A stretch of DNA of 13,558 nucleotides from a bacterium (GTDB lineage: Bacteria > Hinthialibacterota > Hinthialibacteria > Hinthialibacterales > Hinthialibacteraceae), in contig JBHGBC010000163.1 in assembly GCA_041946805.1 (NCBI GenBank), forward strand, positions 1 to 13,558. The letters run 5' to 3'. Below are positions 1 through 6,866 of this stretch, one piece after another. The position numbers were made by a program, and so were the translations under genes. Position 1 is the stretch's first letter. Every line of letters starts with the position of its first letter. The notes below the pieces were generated by a model. That model saw only the letters and a list, made by a program, of their open reading frames with translations, searched no databases and was not told where the DNA came from.

Positions 1-21
1 TTGATGTCTTGCCCTTACGGA

Positions 22-71
22 GTCCCCTTCAGGGGACGACTTTGCAGCAGCCCAGGGGGGTAACCCTGGGC
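22..71. repeat. REP-like paired palindromes (GTCCCC-ttca-GGGGAC and GCCCAGGG-gggtaa-CCCTGGGC)
   Basis: Two perfect inverted repeats: a 6-bp stem at 22-27/32-37 and an 8-bp stem at 50-57/64-71. They resemble CCCTTCAGGG / GCCCAGGG..CCCTGGG extragenic palindromes associated with Y1 (IS200/RAYT-like) transposases; the family resemblance is from memory. Confidence 0.5.
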
Positions 72-217
72 CACGAGCGTCGTAGGTGCGCACTTGTCGG
101 ATGAACCGTTTTTCCATTTCCATTCCATTTTCAGGAGGGTGCTCTTGGAGTCACCGCGCGGATTCGTCACAATCTCCATGCCCTTGCCATATGATTCTGA
201 AACCGGGGAGGCCTGTC

Positions 218-2803
218 ATGATTTACATCGGATTGATCGTAACGATCTTCGGACTGGTGGCTCCAGCATTCACGGATGAACCGGCGCCGGCGGCGCCTGA
301 TTATCAGGTTCCCGCCCGCGCATCCGCGCCCTTCACGTATTGCATCGGGTACATCGTCAATCCCGAAGAGGAAACATTTCTACAGGATTTGTCCAACAGC
401 CCGCCGGATTTGTACCACCTGGGATACCAGATCCCCTTCAAGGGCGCCTTGGGGCCAACCTATGGCCATGAGTTGTTCACGGATGATATTTTGCCTCCTG
501 GGGAGATCCCCCGCGAAGTGGAGCGGATCCGGCGCGTCATCGCGAAAATGCGGGCCACCGGCACGCGGCTCTTGATTCCTTATGTCTATACCATGGCTTT
601 TTTCGGAAATCCCGAAAAACGGACCGGCTTCTTCCGGTTTTTCGATCACTGGGATGACTATGCGGAATTCGGCCTGGGCCCCAAGCCTGAGGCCGATCCC
701 AGCTTGTGGTCACAAGTCCCAGGGCCTCGCCCTTTGGGGGGCGGACCGGCGGATGTGCTGCATTACGATCCCTGCGTCAACCATCCGGCCTGGTCCGCGT
801 ATCTGGATCTGGTGGCCCGGCAGCTGGCGTCCGTGGGCTATGACGGCATGTTTTTCGATGTAAATACACAATACTGCTATTGTCCTCATTGTCAGGAGAA
901 ATTCGATATTTATTTGTTGCATAAATATGGAACGTCAGGATTGCGGGAAGCGTTTGGAACCAGCGATCACCGGGAAATCAATCTATCCACCATTTACCGG
1001 GATTTCGAAAAATATATCCTGGAGAACTTCAAAACATATTTGAAGCAACCGGAGCGGAACTCTTCCATCCGGAAGTTCCTCAACGGCGAAGATCCCGGTC
1101 AAATTCCCCTGGAGGAAGACTGGCGTTTGCTGCGTTGTTACATGCAAGGCTCGGCCGCGGAATATCCGCCCGAGAATGACCTGCCTTCCGTTCTACAGGA
1201 ACTCTTTCAGGCCGGGGATCGGAATGCCGCGTCCCCCGCGCGGCAAAAACCGTTCACCCAAACCGTGCTCCGCTATTATTTCCGGGAATACTTACAAAGC
1301 CCGGAACTGGCCGGGGCGTTGCAGGACCGCTTTGGATCACCCGATATCCGGCGGCGGTGTTTGGGGACCCCGCCGGATCTCCTGTTGTGGGTGGAAACGC
1401 AGCGCTTCTGGTGCCAAAGCATGGCGGATACCTTGGCCCGTTTGAAGCGCGGCGGGCAAGAAGAATTCGCCAGGCAGAATCGCTCCGGCAATTTTTTCAC
1501 CGTCGCCAACCTGGGATCGATGCAAACCGTGGACGGATTGAACAAGCGGCGGGTGGACGGCATCGATCTGGTGCATTTCGCGCCGATGGCGGACCTGCAA
1601 ATGTTCGAGGAGATGCCGCAGCCGGGATCCTTGGACAGCGGAGTGGTCATTTCCAACATTTTCGCGTTCCGCTGGGCAATGGGCGCGGGAACCCGGGCCG
1701 GTACCTTGCTATACAAAGTGGCGGATGACACCGCCGCGGATTTGGCGCAGGCCGAAGCGGCCGCCGGCGGAGGCGGCGCTTTCATCCAGGCGGGTCTCGG
1801 CGCGCCGGACTCGCGCCGGCGTTGGAAACAATTTTTTACCGGTCACGCGGAGTTATGGAATCACGGCGATTCCTGCGCCCGCGTGGGATTGATGTTCTGG
1901 AGCGATCAGGTTTTTTATGAATATCCCGAGCATTTCGCCATGGTCCGGCGGTTGGTCAACATCCTGTCCGAAAATCAAGTCCCCTTCGATATCCTCACCG
2001 GGGAAGGCCTGGCGGCCATGCCGGATTACGATGTCATCCTGGTTCCCTGCATCCGGTATGTCAATGAGGATAAGGTCAACCTGTGTTTGTCCTATGCGAA
2101 GCAGGGTGGACGGCTGGTGGTCATCGAACCTTTCGGCACGGAAGACGCGTACGCCCGGAAACGGGAAGCGCATCCCTTATCCAATATCATGAAAATCCAA
2201 GATCGTGAAACATCCATCGCTTACGGGAAAGGCAGAATTCTGCATCTCCAGCCGGATGACGTCCCCGCGCGGCGCTCGGACGCCTGGAACCTCATGGAAG
2301 ACCGCGCCGGCTCGTTCGGGCTATCCAGCGATTACCTGAACGCGGTCCGGGAAAGTGAGGTGAAGCATCATATCGACCTGGGGCCGGAGTTCGTGGCGCG
2401 CCTCGAAAAAGCATTGCATACACGTTTGCGCTGGTGCCCGCCCGGCACGAACGCGGGGATTTATCTTCATCCGTACCGTATTCCCTATCCTGAACAAAAG
2501 CGGGAAACCATCGTGCTGCACGCCGTGAACTACCGCGTTCCCATACTCCTGACCAAGGAAATCCAGCCCACCGACGATCCGATTTGGCAAGTGTCCACGA
2601 AATCCGGAGAGCCGGATGCGCAGCACGGAGTGCGAATCTCCCTGCCCTTGCCCGGCAACCGCAAAATCCTTTCCGTGAAATCCTACAGCCCCACGGATGA
2701 CCATCCCGCGGTGGAGTGGAGTAAAAAGGGCAAGTATCTTACTCTCACGCTGCCGCATTTGCATATTTACCAGGCGGTGGCCGTGGAAATGGAAATCCGG
2801 TGA
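218..2803 (+). CDS. Secreted GH42-like (beta-galactosidase-like TIM barrel plus trimerisation domain) glycoside hydrolase
   Basis: Long ORF (track 86..2803). Start preferred at ATG 218 because GGGGAGG lies at 205-211 and a signal-peptide-like N-terminus follows (MIYIGLIVTIFGLVAPAFT). Motifs: CVNHPAWSAYL, GYDGMFFD, Cys cluster YCYCPHCQEKF. The C-terminal segment is class-I-GATase-like (LSENQVPFDIL...YDVILVP...YAKQGGRLVV), followed by a beta-sandwich-like tail. Substrate cannot be determined. Confidence 0.7.
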   Translation: MIYIGLIVTIFGLVAPAFTDEPAPAAPDYQVPARASAPFTYCIGYIVNPEEETFLQDLSNSPPDLYHLGYQIPFKGALGPTYGHELFTDDILPPGEIPREVERIRRVIAKMRATGTRLLIPYVYTMAFFGNPEKRTGFFRFFDHWDDYAEFGLGPKPEADPSLWSQVPGPRPLGGGPADVLHYDPCVNHPAWSAYLDLVARQLASVGYDGMFFDVNTQYCYCPHCQEKFDIYLLHKYGTSGLREAFGTSDHREINLSTIYRDFEKYILENFKTYLKQPERNSSIRKFLNGEDPGQIPLEEDWRLLRCYMQGSAAEYPPENDLPSVLQELFQAGDRNAASPARQKPFTQTVLRYYFREYLQSPELAGALQDRFGSPDIRRRCLGTPPDLLLWVETQRFWCQSMADTLARLKRGGQEEFARQNRSGNFFTVANLGSMQTVDGLNKRRVDGIDLVHFAPMADLQMFEEMPQPGSLDSGVVISNIFAFRWAMGAGTRAGTLLYKVADDTAADLAQAEAAAGGGGAFIQAGLGAPDSRRRWKQFFTGHAELWNHGDSCARVGLMFWSDQVFYEYPEHFAMVRRLVNILSENQVPFDILTGEGLAAMPDYDVILVPCIRYVNEDKVNLCLSYAKQGGRLVVIEPFGTEDAYARKREAHPLSNIMKIQDRETSIAYGKGRILHLQPDDVPARRSDAWNLMEDRAGSFGLSSDYLNAVRESEVKHHIDLGPEFVARLEKALHTRLRWCPPGTNAGIYLHPYRIPYPEQKRETIVLHAVNYRVPILLTKEIQPTDDPIWQVSTKSGEPDAQHGVRISLPLPGNRKILSVKSYSPTDDHPAVEWSKKGKYLTLTLPHLHIYQAVAVEMEIR

Positions 2804-3046
2804 TTGATGATGGAATCCATTTCGTCCCTCCAATCGGGATGGCTTGTCCAATAGTCAAGGACGAGCGCGTTGCCCCGCGCAACTCCTAGCTGCCCGGCTT
2901 GTCATAAAATCGATTCATCCGGCATGTGTGAACAGGATGGGGCAAATCGTATTGCAATTCCCTTTCTCCGAACCGAAGGGAACTCATTGCCTTCCTGGCC
3001 ATCGTTCAGGAACCCGCCGAGGGGATCGACGGCGGAGAAAGGCTTT

Positions 3047-3080
3047 CCCTCACCCTGGCCCTCTCCCAGAGGGAGAGGGG
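3047..3080. repeat. CCCTCACCC..CCCTCTCCC-aga-GGGAGAGGG palindromic repeat element; possible bidirectional terminator between convergent genes
   Basis: Perfect 9-bp stem at 3059-3067/3071-3079, preceded by CCCTCACCC. Matches the widespread extragenic repeat that translates as 'PSPxPSPxGRG'. Confidence 0.65.
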
Positions 3081-3216
3081 ATTTAGGGCGGCTCCCTCCC
3101 CGTCGAATCGATATCCGTCCATGCGTCCGGAAAAATTACGCACTGATCGGATCAACCACAAAATCGCTCCGCGGTTGTAGAAATACAATATTACCAGGCT
3201 GACCGGGCGTTTCCCG

Positions 3217-4065
3217 CTAGTTCCGCCCTGGACCGGCGTCCCGGATTTTTTGGATGTATTCGGCCACGGCGGCGACGGTGTCCATCCAGACGCCGTTGGC
3301 CGGATCGCGGGCGAATTGGCAGAGTTTTTCCAGACTGTCCACCCGTGTGGTTTGATGTCCGCCCGTTCCGATCTCATGGCCGGCCAGAACCAGCCAGCGG
3401 CCGTTTTCCCCGGCCTTCACCGCCAGCTGTTTCAGTTCATCGAACGTCTTGCCGTCGCTTTCCATGCCCATCAGCTGCGCGAAATCGCAAAACCAGGGAT
3501 CGTTCGTATCTTCATCCAGCCAGCCCCGCCCGGTCAGGAATTTCCGCGCCACGAGGGGCACATAACTTTGCAGGCGTTCCCCGCGGCCCACGAATTTTTG
3601 CCCGCACGGATAGGCGAAACTCACCGCCCGCACCTGGAGTTTCTCGAAAATGAAGCGGTTCGCCCCGTCCATTTCCGCGGCGATCCGCTCGAGCGTGTAG
3701 TCCTCCAGCGCGTGGTCCCGGGAAAAGGCGAAATTGCCCGAGCAGGGATGGGTTTGCGTGTGGTTCCCGATTTCATGCCCGGCGGCCGCCGCGCGTCTCC
3801 ATCCCTCCAGGCGTTTCTCCAGGCTGCCCGGGGAGATATAAAAGGTCGCCTTGACGCCATACCGGTCAAACAAGGGCAGACCGGTGTCGATCTGGCTGGG
3901 GCGTGCGTCGTCGAAGGTCAGACTGATCGCGCACCGCTTCCCCTCCGGCCAGGGGAAGGGCTTGTTTATTTCTTGATGTTGTGGACTTTCATACTGCGCC
4001 ATGATGAACAATGGACTTCCCAATACGATTCCGAGACACAACCCGATCCTTTTTTTGCATCCCAC
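3217..4065 (-). CDS. Polysaccharide deacetylase family protein (NodB/CE4-like), probably secreted
   Basis: Motifs ISLTFDD, GHEIGNHTQTHP, FAYPCG and LVLAGHE. The in-frame GTG at 4065 sits 7 nt after GGAGGT and gives a signal-peptide-like start (MGCKKRIGLCLGIVLGSPLFIMA). The track start at 4281 is probably overextended. Confidence 0.85.
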   Translation of the reverse strand: MGCKKRIGLCLGIVLGSPLFIMAQYESPQHQEINKPFPWPEGKRCAISLTFDDARPSQIDTGLPLFDRYGVKATFYISPGSLEKRLEGWRRAAAAGHEIGNHTQTHPCSGNFAFSRDHALEDYTLERIAAEMDGANRFIFEKLQVRAVSFAYPCGQKFVGRGERLQSYVPLVARKFLTGRGWLDEDTNDPWFCDFAQLMGMESDGKTFDELKQLAVKAGENGRWLVLAGHEIGTGGHQTTRVDSLEKLCQFARDPANGVWMDTVAAVAEYIQKIRDAGPGRN

Positions 4066-4293
4066 CTTGCCCACCTCCCTGGTATGATTAGGCGATCTTC
4101 CCGATTGGACCCAATCCAATCGGGCATAGTATGCGCCTTTTTCCCCTCCGGTGCTACCGTGGACCGCCTGACAGTCCAGGCGGACATGGAATTTCGTTTG
4201 GCCGGATTTTCCCGGCGGTTTGATCCCTGAGGCTCGAACCGGCTGGATTGAATCGATCGGCGGGGGGAGAGGCCATTTCATGGGAATCCGGAT

Positions 4294-4322
4294 TTGACTG
4301 CCCGGGAGATATACTTTAAGGT
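4294..4322 (+). promoter_or_regulatory. Putative sigma70 promoter for kup
   Basis: TTGACT (4294-4299), a 17-nt spacer, then TAAGGT (4317-4322); about 135 nt upstream of the kup ATG. Confidence 0.4.
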
Positions 4323-4457
4323 CGGTCTATACCTGTGGAGGATGGCCGGTCATTTCTTCCGGGAACCGGAGGAACTCGTCCAGTCCGCCGGATTCCCCGA
4401 GCGGCCGTTCGTATGGACTCCCGGGTGATAAAGTACGAGAGCGATTTGGAGCGATTC

Positions 4458-6377
4458 ATGAATCACGTTCCAGCCAATGACACCGCGCCGGGCCAATCCA
4501 ACCCAAGCGAGGAACGGTCATCGATTTTTTGGTTAGCCCTGGGCGCGTTGGGAGTAGTGTACGGAGACATAGGAACCTCGCCGCTTTACGCGATCAAGGA
4601 GTGTTTTATCCCTGTCCACGGCGTGGAGCCGGTCCGCGCGAACGTGCTGGGCGTGCTCTCGTTGGTTTTCTGGACATTGATGCTGGTGGTGGTCATCAAG
4701 TATCTGACCTTCGTCATGCGGGCGGACAACCGGGGCGAGGGGGGGATCATGGCCTTGCTGGCGTTGTTGTTGAGCCACTCGCAACCCCAAAGCCGGTCGT
4801 GGAAATACGTGCTCGTCTTCGGTTTGTTCGGTTCCTCCCTCCTCTGGGCGGATGGCATGATCACCCCCGCGATCACGGTGTTGAGCGCCATCGAAGGCTT
4901 GGAGGTGGCCACCCCGCTGTTCCGGCCGGTGGTGGTGCCGGTGACCCTGATTATATTATTCGGACTCTTCCTGGTGCAGAAACGGGGAACGGGGGACATC
5001 GGGGCGGTGTTCGGCCCGGCGATGTTCGTGTGGTTCTTCACCATCGGCCTGTTGGGGCTGCCCTGGATCTGGAAGGAGCCGGGAGTGTTGGCGGCGGTGA
5101 ATCCCTATTATGCGGCGGCCTTTTTTGTGCATAATCAAGGGCACGGATTTTTATTGCTGGGCGCGGTGGTTTTGTGCATCACCGGAAGCGAAGCCTTGTA
5201 CGCCGACATGGGGCATTTCGGGGTCGCGCCGATCCGCCGGGCCTGGTACGCCGTGGTGTTTCCCGGATTGTTGATGAACTATTTCGGGCAGGGATCTGTG
5301 ATTCTCGCGCGGGGAGCCGAGGCGGCCGTGAATCCGTTTTATATGTTGTCGCCCGGCTGGATGCTGTATCCGCTGGTGGTCCTCGCCACCGTGGCCTCGA
5401 TCATCGCCTCGCAGGCGTTGATCTCGGGGGCGTTTTCGCTGGCGCAGCAGGCCATGCAGTTGGGGTATTCGCCCCGCTGGACGGTCATCCACACCTCCGG
5501 GAAAACCCGGGGGCAAATCTACGTGCCGGAAATCAACTCCATGCTGATGATCGCCTGCCTGGGCCTGGTGTTGGCGTTTCAGAAATCGACCAACCTGGCG
5601 GCCGCTTATGGATTGGCGGTGGCGGGCACCATGGCCATCACCTCCTTCCTGATGTTTTTTGTCATGACCGGACAGTGGGGATGGCAGTTATGGAAAGCGC
5701 TGCTGTTGACCGGCATTTTTCTGACGGTGGACTTGATGTTCGTATTGGCCAACACCAACAAGATCGGGCATGGCGGCTGGTTCCCCATGCTGGTGGGCGG
5801 GGGGATCTACGTGATCATGACCACCTGGAAAGCCGGACAGACGGCCGTGGGTGAAAAAATCCGCGCGGATTCCATCTCCCTGGAGTTGTTCATGGAGGAC
5901 GTCGCCCAGACGAAACTGCCGCGGGTGAGAGGCACCGCGGTGTTCCTGACCTCCAACGCCGACCTCGCCCCCCTCGTCTTGTTGCATCACGTGAAACACA
6001 ACAAGGTTCTCCACGAAAAAGTAGTCCTGCTATCCCTCCGGACGGAAAACGTGCCCAAAGTAAATCTTCGCGATCACATCGAAATCAAGGAACTCGGCCA
6101 TGGTTTTTACCTGGTGACCGCCGCCTATGGATTCATGCAATCGCCCCATGTGCCCTGGATGTTACGGAATTGCCTGTCCAAGGGACTCGAGGATATCAAG
6201 GACGCCAGTTATTACCTGGGCCGGGTGACCGTGGTGACCGCGCGCAAGCCCACCGCGTTTCCCGCCTGGCGAAAATGGATTTTCATCTTCTTGTACCGCA
6301 ACGCCCGGCCGGCGACCGCGTTCTTCCACATTACCCCCAACCGCGTCATCGAACTCGGCATGCAGATCGAGCTGTAA
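4458..6377 (+). CDS. kup: KUP/HAK/KT family potassium transporter Kup
   Basis: Signature LGALGVVYGDIGTSPLYA, plus ADNRGEGGIMAL, DGMITPAITVLSAIEGL, EALYADMGHFG, GQIYVPEIN, LAAAYGLAV, YGFMQ and terminal RVIELGMQIEL. About 12 hydrophobic segments. ATG 4458 has GGAG at 4448-4451 and gives a typical ~640-aa length. Confidence 0.97.
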   Translation: MNHVPANDTAPGQSNPSEERSSIFWLALGALGVVYGDIGTSPLYAIKECFIPVHGVEPVRANVLGVLSLVFWTLMLVVVIKYLTFVMRADNRGEGGIMALLALLLSHSQPQSRSWKYVLVFGLFGSSLLWADGMITPAITVLSAIEGLEVATPLFRPVVVPVTLIILFGLFLVQKRGTGDIGAVFGPAMFVWFFTIGLLGLPWIWKEPGVLAAVNPYYAAAFFVHNQGHGFLLLGAVVLCITGSEALYADMGHFGVAPIRRAWYAVVFPGLLMNYFGQGSVILARGAEAAVNPFYMLSPGWMLYPLVVLATVASIIASQALISGAFSLAQQAMQLGYSPRWTVIHTSGKTRGQIYVPEINSMLMIACLGLVLAFQKSTNLAAAYGLAVAGTMAITSFLMFFVMTGQWGWQLWKALLLTGIFLTVDLMFVLANTNKIGHGGWFPMLVGGGIYVIMTTWKAGQTAVGEKIRADSISLELFMEDVAQTKLPRVRGTAVFLTSNADLAPLVLLHHVKHNKVLHEKVVLLSLRTENVPKVNLRDHIEIKELGHGFYLVTAAYGFMQSPHVPWMLRNCLSKGLEDIKDASYYLGRVTVVTARKPTAFPAWRKWIFIFLYRNARPATAFFHITPNRVIELGMQIEL

Positions 6378-6760
6378 ACCAGGCCGGCGCTTCCGGGCCG
6401 GCAAGCGGTTTCCCTGGATTTCCCGATCGCGGCATCCTGTCCGCCAAAGGCAGGATCCAACCAAGGCGATTTACATGCAAAATTTATCTTTCCTCAAAAG
6501 TCATGAAGAATAACTAACCGAAAATCAACAAATTTCATTCCCACAACCAACTCGGAAAGACTACATCCAAATATACAAAATAAATATATTTTTCTGTTGC
6601 ATATTCGCTTAAGTTGTATTCTAATAAGGTACTGTGATCTGGCCGCCGGCCAGGAAGGGAAAATGTCCGCGGAAATCGCTGGGATCATCGGCAATTGCAT
6701 TATTTTTCTCCCCCGGTGGAATCAGGAATTCCGGTCGCACATCAAGAGAAATAAGGAATC

Positions 6761-6770
6761 TTGCATGCAA
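6761..6770. promoter_or_regulatory. Palindromic candidate operator TTGCATGCAA (second copy TTACATGCAA at 6471-6480)
   Basis: Perfect 10-bp palindrome about 100 nt upstream of ATG 6867, with a 9/10 copy in the same AT-rich intergenic region. Confidence 0.35.
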
Positions 6771-6866
6771 TATCACTGGGCGCGCATACGTATAGGCGCT
6801 TGATCCCCACTGAACGACATCACCGTGGCAAGCCGTCCCATTTGAATCGATAAGGAGGATGATGCC

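Noticed and set aside
86..217. N-terminal extension of the 905-aa ORF from GTG 86
   Set aside because: Atypical Cys/Ser-rich sequence; ATG 218 has a strong SD and puts the signal peptide at the N-terminus.
2844..3202. Small overlapping ORFs (80 aa and 110 aa) in the convergent gap
   Set aside because: They translate the palindromic repeat (PSPWPSPRGRG) and lack an RBS or protein-like composition.
4050..4060. A7 tract next to an out-of-frame ATG at the deacetylase start (possible phase variation)
   Set aside because: The in-frame GTG 4065 with a well-spaced GGAGGT explains the start, and a 7-nt run encoding Lys-Lys-Arg is ordinary for a signal peptide n-region.
3250..4230. 326-aa + strand ORF
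   Set aside because: Antisense shadow of the deacetylase; no recognisable motifs; expected in GC-rich coding DNA.
4335..4457. 41-aa N-terminal extension of Kup
   Set aside because: No SD before GTG 4335; ATG 4458 has GGAG and gives the family-typical length.
4329..4457. Canonical c-di-AMP or fluoride riboswitch call
   Set aside because: Only a short fragment matches and the conserved core blocks are missing; kept only as a candidate leader.
5521..5530. ACGTGCCGGA match to the tRNA-Leu 3' end (possible att site)
   Set aside because: Only 10 bp, lies inside the conserved GQIYVPEIN codons of intact kup, and no integrase is present.
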